NCBI RefSeq assembly: GCF_000485595.1 | Contig: NW_014577079.1 | Coordinates: 626,766-690,765 of the forward strand | Reading direction: 5' to 3' | Source of the DNA: Priapulus caudatus | Lineage: Eukaryota | Length of the DNA: 64,000 nt | In this document: positions 27,701 through 37,079 of the stretch, piece after piece | Layout of the letters: every line of letters starts with the position of its first letter | How positions within the stretch are numbered: the stretch's first letter is position 1 | Made by a program: the position numbers and the translations under genes | Notes under the pieces: generated by a model | Database searches by the model: none | Told to the model about the DNA's origin: nothing | The model's input: the letters and a program-made list of their open reading frames with translations, nothing else

Positions 27701-30700
27701 AGTGATTGCGAATTTTCAAACTTCCTGTCACCCAACACATTTAACTGAAAATAGAATCATTCAGTTATTCTCACAACCTCATATCCAGGTGCAGCAAACT
27801 TTAAGCACATTTCTAGAACGCTTATAAAAGTCTTAGTCATAGTCATGGTCTTGAACAGATTGTGCGCACGGCAACTCGTGAATATGCATGCGTTCTTGAT
27901 AAATGTGTCTAATATAAATATGTACTTACTTCTCTTGGCAGGAAAACATATGAATATGTGTTGCAATGTGTTCTATGTGCCTAATATGTGTTTTCTATGT
28001 CTAAAATGTGTCAGCAGATTCACTTTCTTTATTGGCCACATTAAACAAATAAGTATCAGAAAATAAAAGTTGTGATTAATGTCATAATATCAGGAGTGTA
28101 TAATATAGAATATATATTATACACCTCCGATATTATACACTTCTGATAATAAAATATATAATATAATATAATATGATATAATATAACGCTACATTAAACT
28201 TAAAGCATATACATGTGAGAGTGAACGTACTGGCCTGAACTTGGAGGGGGGCACCGCAATGACATCAAGGAAGAAAAAGTCAAGAGGACAAAGGTTATCG
28301 GGCGATGCGCCGGCTTCAAGAGATGGAAACAGCTTGCCCAGAAGTTGGCCGCTATTCTTCCACACCTCTCGCAGGTGCTTACGGGCATCCACCGGCGTCA
28401 GGTACCTAGGTGTTAATGCAGAGGGCGCTGTAGTAATAAGTCGCTAGGCAACCAAGTGCTTCTTTGCAATGATTTCCCATAGTAGAATTTTTTAACCTTG
28501 CGGTGTTTTGACTGGTAATTTGTATTGATTAATATCTATTCATACTTTCATGGAAAAATACGTTGTGTTGAATCTGCCATTGTCTAATGTAGCAAGAAGA
28601 ATATGGGGACAATGTCAACAGTATTACATGACTAAAATTATTTTCCAACCTATCTAAATATTTTCTAGACACTGCCAAATATAACCATCCGAGCAAATGT
28701 CCAAAATATTATACTACGGTCAAACCTGTGTTAGGCGTTACCTCTATAGAAAAGACACATGTCTATAAAGCATGTATAGAATGTATATAAAACCTTAAAT
28801 ACAGTGTTGACTGTACTGAAAATCAAAAGAATATTATGGTGCCATACGATTGCCCCATGAGTTCTGAGATCTTGCTCTCTTTGGTTTGTTTCTCATCATT
28901 GATCTTGTCATGCTGTCCTTCACCAAACTCTACACCTTCTGGCACCTCTTCTGTAATCCTGTTTATAAGAAAGAATGCAAACAATCACAAAATGATGCAC
29001 ACAATCTAACATACATTGAAATAGGTCATGTCAAACTAAAACATAATCGTTTCAAACTTGGCATGGCTGACAACAACAAGAACATGGTTGGAAATGAGGA
29101 GTGTAGTTTTGCATAGTTGTCCTCTAATTTGATAGTATTAAACAACATGACCAAATGTCAAATGACAAAATTAAATGTCAACCCATTCTAAATATTTAAA
29201 TAAGTAAATGAATAAATCATAACAGTAATTTGTATTAATTATTATATTTATTAATACAGGTTAATTATTATTTTAGCTATTGCAAGCAATATTTGGGTTT
29301 GGCCTAAAAAATTACACTCACAGATTATAGTTTTATAAACCTTTTGTAAACCACAAATCCGCATTAATTGTCTTAATTAATTAATTAATTAATTAAATCT
29401 TAAAAAAGTTTTAAGTAATTAAAGTTAATTAAATAAACCAAATAATATGTATACCTTTTATCTTTAAGCTCTCTTGCCATTTGTAAAGCTTTGTTAGCTG
29501 CTCTGTTGCTGATACCTTTCGTAAACATGATCTTGGTGTTGTATTCCTGTCTTAATGCTCTACCAGGCATGTGACAGTGTGGACACTAATCGAGAACAGA
29601 AACATGTGTAGAATTACTATAAGCTTGAAGCTATCAAGCCATGAACTTCTATGTGCACCCCATGTGCTATTGTTGAAGTTATGTATGTATCACGCTATAT
29701 GACATTAGTTGTTAAGTATTTGCGAAAAACATTGTTTGCAGGATTTTTAGAGGTAAATACTGTCTATATTAAAATTAGAATGATAATAAATTTAGTATAT
29801 ACAACTCTTTATAGCTGCCACTAGAGACTATTATAAATACTTGTTAATGAACTATGTAAGGCAGCTTGATTATGAAATGTCTAGTTTCCATAAAAAGCTT
29901 TTAAAGATTTACCTTTTTTGTTGATGACATGAGATTTTTGAGAAAATCTTTTACGAGGAGACGTCTTAACTCTATCAGATTTTTACTAGGTGTGCGTTCC
30001 TTTTCTATTTTGCATTTGCTCTCTAAAAAATAGAAAAACAGTCATGCATCATTAATAGCACAACAAAACATCATAATTAAGCCTAACAGCAAGTTAGTCC
30101 AATTTCTTTAGGACCAGCTATAAGTTTTCTTATCCACCTAATACTAAAGCTTTGGATTATATTTAGTGCACTCAATATTATACACTGAACAAATTTTACC
30201 AGTCTGAACCTGGGATCAGTCTCATTGCTCTTGATGCTTTGAAGCGATATTTGAGGGTGTATTACCACTAAATGTGCCACGTTGGTTGTTTTTTGCTGAG
30301 GTGCCTATATGCTTTAATGTACCTAGCATAAAAATTAGCGCCACCATAATTATTGATTCATCAGCAAAAACCATAAACATATCTATAGATTATTGTACAC
30401 ACACATTGAAACATCTGTTAGTGGCCACCTCCAACAAAAGGAACACTTTTCATAAAGGACACATCTGACGTTTCCCTCGAGTAGCAGCTACACACTGAAA
30501 TGACCTCCACAGAATGGACACCTCTCTATAAAGCCCACTCTTCCTCGACTAACCCTCGAATACAGCTTTACCTGTACACAACGCAACTTTACATCGTTGC
30601 GCCGCACACTGCGCACGATTTTCCACACACGCGACATGTTGCTCATCGCGACACCGACCTTGCAGCATCTTTGCGGCGGCGGCGTCGAGCGCCTCCCTGA

Positions 30701-32346
30701 CGAGCTCCTCACAGTTGAACGCGCCCGCGCTCTCGTCGACGACGGCCTGCAGCACCTCGCGCATCCGGCTCTCCGCCTCCACGAGGCCGTGGTCAAACAG
30801 CGCGAGCTGAGTCACCGCCAGGTGGCTCTGCAATGACGGGGCGCGCAGCCGGTGGCAGCTGAAGCAGCTCGCCTTCAGAATCTAAATGACAGGCGGAGAA
30901 TCGCGCGGTGAAGGACACGGGAGCGTTTAAAACCACAGCTGCTTGCTAAACAGTTATGAACATATAGTCACACATTATGTAACCTTGACGATTAGGTGTT
31001 TGCGATGGCTCGCAGTTTTGTACTTTTATTAGACAGACACATAGGTTCGCATGTGTGTGACGATCTTATCATGAACATTCGTTAGAATTTATTTTTTAAT
31101 GCTATGTTTCTGATACGTAACAATAGGTTCACAATCAAATCAGCTTCAATCACAGAAAATACCTGTCATTCCTATTACAATCTCATCGATGTGATTGCGA
31201 CAATTTAATGATTACCCGTAAACTGTATTATTATTTTAGTTTTTTGTGTGTTTGTGCGATTGATTGAGAGATCCTAAATGACAAATGATCATAACAAAGT
31301 ACCTGGAGCAAATTCCTAAAGTAGAACGGATTGAAGACTGGTAATGATAAGTTAAAATGACCCATGTGACCAGGACAGTGTTGCTGGTTGAGCATGCATG
31401 TTGCACACACATCATTCCTATCAGTCGGACCTGGAACGTAAAGCAGAAATATCTATGATAAATATACCATCACAATCAGATCTATGCTATAGCTACATGT
31501 ATCTACAATCTACATAATATTAGAACAACCGTATGTATCAACATGTCCATGATATAGGCATAGCCAAAGAGTTAAGAGAGCTATGCTGGGGTTGGGTGCT
31601 CAATTCTAAGCACGCAGCAATCACACACCCTAAACGTGTTCTGCTTTCTTTTGAGCTCAGCATAACGAAAGGTGGAGTCATGTTAACTATCCTTAAAAAA
31701 GAGTTCATCGTCATGTGGCCTTTTGTAACATTATAAACCATATTTCGTGGCTTATAGAATCAATTATTTTCTCAGAAAACATCTCCAAAAACTGTTTTAT
31801 GTCGTGTAAGCTGGCGGCCAGCGTAGCAGACATATTATTATAGCCAAGATTTGTTAGCTAAAGTTTGGGATATTACACAGTTCACTTGAAAGGCCTATGG
31901 TAAATCTGGCTTATAAAATGCAGGAACTGTAACAGATAAAATCCTGATAAAATCACAGAAAAAGCAAGGGTACGGCCCTATTTATGGTGACTATACACCT
32001 GTTAGAATGAATGTTATGATAGTATAGTTATTATGCAGTCAAACCTCTTTTAAATAACCTTTTAAATTCAGGATGTGTCAAATGTATCAAAGTGTATAAT
32101 AAACCACGAAAATAAAATAATATAATTTTTGTCCTTCATGATCGCAAATACAACTCAAGTCTAGCTCAGAGGTCTGTAATCACCTAAATGTGGGTCATAT
32201 AGTCCACCATTAGTAGAATGTCCCAGACTATCAAACGTCTCTGGATTCGTAATCTCCTTTACACTCAAAGAGAGAATTTCCGAGGAGGTGTAGGTGCTGA
32301 GCAACAGCCGAGCCGGTTGCTTCGTTGGCACATCCAGTACACCCAT
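12441..32346 (-). CDS. POLR1A: DNA-directed RNA polymerase I largest subunit (RPA1/A190 orthologue); 32 exons identified, 3'-partial
   Basis: Manually spliced GT-AG exons with consistent phases give 4974 nt = 1658 codons with no stop. Motifs: [137 protein letters not shown]. The [18 protein letters not shown] and [12 protein letters not shown] variants are the Pol I type rather than Pol II or III. Confidence 0.97.
13210..13371 (-). CDS. POLR1A: POLR1A exon 31 ([13 protein letters not shown]...LKTEGVNMA)
   Basis: L.TEG.N motif; TAG acceptor, GTGAGT donor. Confidence 0.92.
13452..13639. mobile_element. hAT (Charlie/MER5-like) MITE in intron 30
   Basis: TIRs CAGGGGTTCTTAACC / GGTTAAGAACCACTG; similar but imperfect flanks (ATTAACTAGCA / ATTACTAGCA). 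Confidence 0.75.
13760..13840 (-). CDS. POLR1A: POLR1A exon 30 ([27 protein letters not shown])
   Basis: Y.YDT....WC.VT motif; CAG acceptor, GTGTGT donor. Confidence 0.9.
14041..14183 (-). CDS. POLR1A: POLR1A exon 29 (EQDDEAEDS...LRKKKKLK...MDAAIVN)
   Basis: TTTTGTAG acceptor; two in-frame GTAAAT donors, so the exon boundary is 14041 or 14047. Confidence 0.78.
14626..14918 (-). CDS. POLR1A: POLR1A exon 28, acidic D/E/G-rich loop
   Basis: TAG acceptor, GTATTA donor; open acidic frame at the position of the Pol I-specific acidic insertion. Confidence 0.88.
15415..15588 (-). CDS. POLR1A: POLR1A exon 27 ([14 protein letters not shown]...VLHFMQTKF...)
   Basis: CAG acceptor, GTGAGT donor. Confidence 0.9.
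15785..15837 (-). CDS. POLR1A: POLR1A exon 26 ([18 protein letters not shown])
   Basis: TTTTTACAG acceptor, GTGAGA donor; supplies the phase 0 to phase 2 link. Confidence 0.82.
16155..16376 (-). CDS. POLR1A: POLR1A exon 25, trigger loop ([18 protein letters not shown]...[10 protein letters not shown])
   Basis: Conserved region G; CAG acceptor, GTATTA donor. Confidence 0.96.
17013..17271 (-). CDS. POLR1A: POLR1A exon 24 ([12 protein letters not shown]...[13 protein letters not shown])
   Basis: CPDP and EAVGLLAAQ motifs; CAG acceptor, GTATAG donor. Confidence 0.94.
17502..17689 (-). CDS. POLR1A: POLR1A exon 23 (ISKWKRK...[11 protein letters not shown])
   Basis: CAG acceptor, GTAAGT donor; phase-consistent. 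Confidence 0.9.
17951..18115 (-). CDS. POLR1A: POLR1A exon 22 ([16 protein letters not shown]...)
   Basis: FLYGEDGLD motif; TAG acceptor, GTACGG donor. Confidence 0.93.
18154..18257. mobile_element. Small MITE with CAGGGTTTCTT termini and 5-bp TSD GTGCT
   Basis: 11-bp TIR CAGGGTTTCTT / AAGAAACCCTG; GTGCT at 18149-18153 and 18258-18262. Confidence 0.6.
18553..18681 (-). CDS. POLR1A: POLR1A exon 21, bridge helix ([25 protein letters not shown]...[10 protein letters not shown])
   Basis: DTAVKT..SGYLQR motif; CAG acceptor, GTAGTT donor. Confidence 0.96.
18799..19550. repeat. C-rich (sense-strand G-rich) degenerate minisatellite in intron 20
   Basis: Repeated units such as CCTACCACACACCTGACCCTCCCCCACCCATCC. 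Confidence 0.85.
19352..19426 (-). pseudogene. Degenerate tandem copy of the 3' part of POLR1A exon 20 (pseudoexon)
   Basis: Aligns to the ATCGAC...ACCGGnATACGCCCnCAGGAG...GAG|GT end of exon 20 with substitutions and two 1-nt insertions. Confidence 0.8.
19551..19751 (-). CDS. POLR1A: POLR1A exon 20 ([21 protein letters not shown]...[20 protein letters not shown])
   Basis: Conserved region F; CAG acceptor, GTGCGT donor. Confidence 0.96.
20214..20414 (-). CDS. POLR1A: POLR1A exon 19 (NEISQR...[18 protein letters not shown])
   Basis: SGAKGS motif; TAG acceptor, GTACAT donor. Confidence 0.94.
20638..20837. mobile_element. Tc1/mariner (pogo/Tigger-like) MITE
   Basis: TIR CAGTTAAACCTCGATTATCCGA / TCGGATAACCGAGGTTTGACTG, TA on both sides. 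Confidence 0.8.
20886..21098 (-). CDS. POLR1A: POLR1A exon 18 ([11 protein letters not shown]...[10 protein letters not shown]...)
   Basis: GFTLGVEDI motif; CAG acceptor, GTGCTG donor. Confidence 0.92.
21151..21335. repeat. About 37-bp minisatellite, 5 copies (AAAATTCTTAGCCACCACAAACAGTTTGTGGACCT)
   Basis: Direct inspection. Confidence 0.9.
22071..22488 (+). mobile_element. 418-bp hAT-like MITE, copy 1 (intron 17)
   Basis: TAGTG...CACTA termini; 8-bp TSD GTATTAAA (22063-22070 / 22489-22496). Confidence 0.85.
22612..22770 (-). CDS. POLR1A: POLR1A exon 17 (...[34 protein letters not shown])
   Basis: GELL.GVLDK motif; AAG acceptor, GTGAGA donor. Confidence 0.94.
23029..23124 (-). CDS. POLR1A: POLR1A exon 16 ([11 protein letters not shown]...[12 protein letters not shown])
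   Basis: CAG acceptor, GTTTCT donor; phase 0. Confidence 0.9.
23410..23518 (-). CDS. POLR1A: POLR1A exon 15 (DYHNLVFS...[14 protein letters not shown])
   Basis: KP..LWSGKQ motif; CAG acceptor, GTACTG donor. Confidence 0.94.
23795..23909 (-). CDS. POLR1A: POLR1A exon 14 ([22 protein letters not shown]...)
   Basis: PKDG.PL.GLIQDH motif; CAG acceptor, GTAAGC donor. Confidence 0.95.
24473..24611 (-). CDS. POLR1A: POLR1A exon 13, catalytic NADFDGD motif (24531-24551)
   Basis: [28 protein letters not shown] acceptor, GTATTT donor. Confidence 0.97.
24768..25269. mobile_element. 502-bp foldback element with 162-bp near-perfect TIRs inserted in (TA)n (intron 12)
   Basis: Arms 24768-24929 and 25108-25269 are reverse complements with only a few mismatches; (TA)n on both sides. 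Confidence 0.9.
25377..25460 (-). CDS. POLR1A: POLR1A exon 12 ([28 protein letters not shown])
   Basis: NRQPTLH motif; CAG acceptor, GTATAA donor. Confidence 0.96.
25709..25841 (-). CDS. POLR1A: POLR1A exon 11 (AAFVINENG...[11 protein letters not shown]...VKQ)
   Basis: AKQLLTP motif; CAG acceptor, GTACAT donor. Confidence 0.92.
26454..26674 (-). CDS. POLR1A: POLR1A exon 10 ([30 protein letters not shown]...NGPDVHPG)
   Basis: Highly conserved GKRVN..RSVI block; CAG acceptor, GTGAGT donor. Confidence 0.96.
27244..27390 (-). CDS. POLR1A: POLR1A exon 9 (TAISQVQG...VNVMFDSDL...GVKQ)
   Basis: W..Q..VN.MFDS motif; CAG acceptor, GTGCAA donor. Confidence 0.9.
27610..27744 (-). CDS. POLR1A: POLR1A exon 8 ([17 protein letters not shown]...)
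   Basis: TTTTCAG acceptor, GTGAGT donor. Confidence 0.9.
28231..28405 (-). CDS. POLR1A: POLR1A exon 7 ([15 protein letters not shown]...[15 protein letters not shown])
   Basis: Conserved VPPxxFRP motif; TAG acceptor, GTACGT donor. Confidence 0.93.
28848..28958 (-). CDS. POLR1A: POLR1A exon 6 (ITEEVPEG...ELMGQS)
   Basis: CAG acceptor, GTATGG donor; phase 2 to phase 2 links exons 5 and 7. Confidence 0.82.
29455..29585 (-). CDS. POLR1A: POLR1A exon 5 (CPHCHMPG...KDK)
   Basis: CPHC Zn ligands; TAG acceptor, GTATAC donor. Confidence 0.88.
29913..30022 (-). CDS. POLR1A: POLR1A exon 4 (ESKCK...[16 protein letters not shown]...KK)
   Basis: TTTTAG acceptor, GTAAAT donor; phase-consistent. Confidence 0.85.
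30659..30881 (-). CDS. POLR1A: POLR1A exon 3 ([12 protein letters not shown]...KMLQ)
   Basis: CxxC of the second Zn site; TAG acceptor, GTCGGT donor; phase-consistent. Confidence 0.9.
31303..31430 (-). CDS. POLR1A: POLR1A exon 2 ([12 protein letters not shown]...[17 protein letters not shown])
   Basis: Zn-binding motif; CAG acceptor, GTACTT donor. Confidence 0.93.
32184..32346 (-). CDS. POLR1A: POLR1A coding exon 1 (MGVLDVP...GGLYDPHL)
   Basis: ATG at 32346; matches the RPA1 N-terminus ([17 protein letters not shown]); donor GTGATT, phase 1. Confidence 0.88.
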
Positions 32347-32429
32347 CGTTGTCTATCCCGCGTACAATGAAACTGAAATAAGTAAATCAATCACGCACAT
32401 TGAGGGTAACCACCAGAATGTGTTAAAAC

Positions 32430-32847
32430 TAGTGTTGTCAATCGGTTGTAATTTCGTAATTGATCATCGGTTGGACCCAAGTAATCGATGATCGGTTACA
32501 ATCGGTTACTCGGGGTGTTGAATGCCTGCGTGTGCGTACGTCGTGTGCATGTACGTGTGTGCATGTAATGCTCTTGTTAGTCTGTTACGTTTGTTATTGG
32601 GCACTGTTTACTACTTTTCGTGTATAATACATGTATGATTAATAAAAGATAACTTGTATAGTAGCGATGAATATCTCTGATTCTCATCACTTTTTCCAAG
32701 TTTCTTGTTCAAGTTTAAAAAAAAAAAATATATATTTTTTTTTTTTTGATGAAATCGATTATGATTTTGATAAACAAGCGCTTGGTCGACGCCACGTTCA
32801 ACGCGATATCGAGTAACTAATCGAACTGACCTCGTTGACATGCACCA
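32430..32847 (-). mobile_element. 418-bp hAT-like MITE, copy 2 (inverted), 84 bp upstream of the POLR1A ATG
   Basis: Reverse-complement homologue of 22071-22488; its own 8-bp TSD GTTAAAAC (32422-32429 / 32848-32855). Confidence 0.85.
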
Positions 32848-33418
32848 GTTAAAACCATTCAAAAAGACAAGTTTGAGGAAATAAATACGAATAAATATGT
32901 GGCATGCAGATGATTTAATTATGCTAAGAATCAACAATGGCCACCCCATTGCTGTGAAGCTCCCTGTGGGGGGGAAAAAGGGGGGGTGAGGTTAGGGAGT
33001 TGCCTGAACTTGGTAGCTAGTTTGGTAAACATGACTAAAGATGAGCAGCTCCTGAAGGCGCTCGCACCATAGGCTAGTATGAAAATGTCAGTACGGACAG
33101 CAATGCAATGGCCTTATGGAGCATAGAAAGCAAACTGGTATATAGGCGAGCAACACATTCAGAAACATGGTGTGAACAAGTGTTTAGCCCCCCCCCCCAG
33201 TTGGTGGCGACCGCGCGGGATGAGTAGACTTTGCTGCCTTTAATATAAGCTCCCTAAGTATCTAGTATAAACGTAAATAAGACTACAGTATTTTGATAAA
33301 CTTATACAGTAGCCACGTAGCTACTTATCTAGATGCAAGAGAGTGCTAGCATGACTATGAACCTGTCTATGCTTGTTGTTTGCCTGTTGACTAGCTTGTC
33401 AGATTAGAATATGAATTT

Positions 33419-34666
33419 AACAAGTGCCGGCGGAGGCGACAGCGCTCACAATCTAACGCTACTGCGGTGACTCTGATGGTGAGTCGTGATTCTAGTAAAC
33501 CTTGTTAGTCCGCAAAATGGTGTTACACAATTACACCCGAAACAGTGAATGCACAGGGATGTAATCAGAACCTTCTCAAGGAATGATCTTGTTGGGATCA
33601 GTTTATGAAGCATGCCAACGAGATGGCGCGTACGTTTTATGGTGTCCTCATCCAGATTAAAAGATGAAGCACCCATCATACGTATAGCACAACTATTTGC
33701 AATACAGAATAGGAAGAACTCAATCCAATTGACCTACTGGCAAGCCTAACAGGCTGCATAGAAGAGCTGCCAACCTGTAACAGATTTAACGAACAGGCAA
33801 GAAACTACACCAGTATCCGACCAAACACATGCACTGGCAGTACCACTGGCAGTGGCATACTTACATGTAGCATACTGACGCAGTACAGAATTCCATAGAA
33901 ATTATATCTGAGTGTAAGGAGCATAAACCTACTTATAACCAAAATTAGGCTTTTGAAAATTCTCACTGTGACATGTAACCGTCATACCATCCAGGCATGT
34001 ATAAGATCACTACTAGCACCCCGGTACCAGGCAGTCATTCTCTAAGCAGACGATCAAACAAACTCCATGTTACCTCCTCTTGAGGGGTCAAAAGCGTTAT
34101 CTGACACTTACTCTTTGGCATGTCAGCAGAAGTAGATTTCCATGGTCCTTTCAATAATGCCATAAAAAATGCAGTCCCCGCTGAAACCAAAAAAGTTTTT
34201 CAAATCGGCTCCGTCAGACGCATGTCCTCAAAATTTCTAAAATTCCGCCCTGTGCCCATTTGACCTTTGACTGTACCTCCAATTCAGCACAGTGAATGGC
34301 TTTCTCCTACCATGGAATGCTATACACCAAACTAATCAGCGAGCCTATAGGTCGACGCCGTTAGATTTGTGCGCAAATTCTGCATTCTCCCTAATACCCT
34401 TAAGTTAAGGAGTGACAGTTCCCCTTCTTTCACCTCTTGACCTTTGACGCTTGAGCAGTCCGACACATGTCGAACGATCCCAAAACTCCTTTTCGGATTA
34501 CCCTCCCACATCCCGAAATACGGACGCTACGTCGAGCTGCGGCGTCTATTAAGATTTGTGCCGCAAACTATCGGTAGGAAACGCTACGGACCGGACGGAG
34601 CCTCGCAGACAGGACGGACGATCATGCGATTCTACAAGCTGCATCTGACTCTGTCAGATGAGCTAA
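33419..34666 (-). mobile_element. Helentron-associated (HINE/DINE-1-like) non-autonomous element, apparently full length
   Basis: 5' TTAGCTCATCTGAC..AGATGCAGCT hairpin followed by CGTC/GTCC-type repeats; 3' GTGAGCGCTGTCGCCTCCGCCGGCACTTGTT; homologous copies at 42200 and 53918. Confidence 0.65.
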
Positions 34667-34871
34667 TAATAATATGGTAGGGGAAAACACATGTGATATA
34701 GTCCTTCCTTCAGCACTTTTTCAGTTTTTGCAATGGGAATGAAAGTGATTTAGAATTTTAACTATATACAAAAGAGAAAAGATCTGGAAGACGAAGGTTG
34801 ACACTTTACTCTCAGTATGTATTAAGTTACATAAGTAGGCGTTTGGCGGAATTAATTGGACCTAACTGAAG

Positions 34872-35130
34872 CTCATAGGGTCTATGTCCCCCAGGGTATG
34901 CCGTACGGTCCGGTATACCGCAACGTACCCTGGTCACTATTTGTTATGGTTAGGGTTAGGATTAGGGTTAGGGTTAGGGTTCGGGTTCGGGTTAGGGAGT
35001 ATAGGCGTAGGCGACTCCCTAGACTCGTTAGTGGAATAGGTGAGGTACGGTCCGGCATATTAGATACGGTATACCGGACCGTACCCAGGGTACGTTCCGG
35101 CAGTACCCCAGGGGACATAGACCCTCTCAG
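34872..35130. mobile_element. Foldback element with internal (TTAGGG)n
   Basis: Inverted arms AGGGTCTATGTCCCC / GGGGACATAGACCCT plus subterminal TACGGTCCGGTATACCG inverted repeats; flanking direct repeat CCTAACTGA; a partial right end recurs at about 55385-55453. Confidence 0.7.
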
Positions 35131-35216
35131 CCTAACTGAGTGGTGGTACAAATGGCAAAATCCAAATAATATGCAATTCACCAATTGCGTGTTGAATTGA
35201 TGGCATGAATTGATGT

Positions 35217-35544
35217 AGCTCCAAGAAACGGTATTGCTAGGGTTAGAATACCCTAGAGACAATGTACCCTGTATAGACAATCCGTCGCACAGCCTGGTCG
35301 GGCTAGAATTGATGATGATGGCATGATGATGATGGCATGAATTGATGATGGCATGAATTGATGATGATGTCATTGGCATTTCAAATGTAATGTCTCACAG
35401 CCAAAAACACAAGACAACCTCGAATACACGTAATTACTAGATATAATTAAATATTAGGCTGGGCCTCCACTAACCCGACCAGGCTGTGTGACTAACGTCA
35501 ATACACCGGGTATTCTAACCCTAGCAATACCGTTTCCTGGAGCT
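35217..35544. mobile_element. MITE-like element with about 90-bp imperfect TIRs
   Basis: AGCTCCAAGAAACGGTATTGCTAGGGTTAGAATACCC versus GGGTATTCTAACCCTAGCAATACCGTTTCCTGGAGCT. Confidence 0.65.
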
Positions 35545-36014
35545 GGGCCTCCACATATATTTTATAGTATACACTAAGATTCAGACTAAGACGAAGACTA
35601 AACCCTACTTCAGCGTGATAAGTGTTGGAGGCTGCCATTAAACAAGTGAGCAGCGCGCAAGTGGTGCCATCGCAGTATGGGAGATCAGCCGTTGGTCAGC
35701 GCATGAGGTCAGCACGTTACAACTTACATGTGTTTGTGTTATGGTGCTGATGTACATTTCAGTCTAGTCCTGTTACAATCCATACGGTGTTTACGGTACT
35801 TCCATTTTTAACGTGATATTTTATGATGTGCAGCTGAACTGTTTTGAATTTTGAAATCGCAAAAGATCGAGATTAAGACTAAGACTAAGAGTAAGTATCC
35901 CGATTCGGCTCGATAAGGCTCGTGTTCTAATTTCAAATCGCTAGGCCTAGCTAAATATGATCTTACGAAAGTAGGCTAGATCATCATGATAAACCGACCA
36001 CTCGATAGGGGCCT

Positions 36015-36442
36015 ACTAAACGGACCAGGCTCTCCGACTGTGTTACACGTTGTGCCAACGAAATGTCGAAATGTTGAAATGTCGAAACGAAGTGTCGAGA
36101 AGGGAACTTGTGGCTAATCATCATCATGCTCGATCGGCAGCCTAGGTAAATTACTAAAGAGTAAAGTAAATATAGATTGGGGACCAATGTGAACTAAACC
36201 GACCAGGCTCGCCGACTGTTACGCGGCGGATGACGTTGTGTTAAGCGAGATGGGAACTTGTGGCTAATCATCATCATCATCATGCTCGATCGGCAGCCTA
36301 GGTAAATTACTAAAGTAAATATACATTGGCCCAATGTGAACTAAACCGACCAGGCTCGCCGACTGTTACTGTTACAGTGTTAGTGTTACGCGGCGGATGA
36401 CGTTGTGTTAAGCGAGATGGGAACTTGTGGCTAAATGTGAAC
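36015..36442. repeat. About 150-bp tandem repeat, about 3 copies
   Basis: Recurring ACTAAACCGACCAGGCTCGCCGACTGTTAC...GGGAACTTGTGGCTAA. Confidence 0.85.
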
Positions 36443-37079
36443 GAATCTTTCAATAATTATTACCTATAGCCTATATGCTATAAAAGGCTATATCGCTATT
36501 TCATTTTAGAGTAGGATTAAATGATAAAGGCATAATAATATTAATAAGCCCATTGCTTATGCGATGTTGACGAATGCTAGTGTTACTGGCCCAAGGATAG
36601 AGAACATGGGTCCCAATGNNNNNNNNNNNNNNNNNNNNNNNNNGTGATTATGCATGACACGAAGTATTTGCTAGTCTAGTACTGGAGAAATTAGCGTTTG
36701 GATGCACATTGTGAGCCTTTAAACAAATTTCACAATTTTGTACGGAACAAATATCGAACAATGAATTATAACTTGTTCTATCATAGAGAAGAACTGTTAA
36801 TGAAAACTGCAATTGCTTGGCTATGTCCCGGATGTGTAAACACTGTGTAAACATTCGAAAGTACTAGTTTCGTAAGACTGTTTAGGTTTGCTGAAGAAAT
36901 CTTATGAACGTAGCAATACAAATGAGTTGTAGTTAATTTTTGCAACATCTAGACGAGCTCATAAGAGGTATATCTATGCATTTTGCTGCGAGAACATGCC
37001 GTTTTAATACACTAACAGTAACAATAAAAATAGTAATGGTTTAATAGTATGCATGATAATAATAGTAAATATTAGCAAA

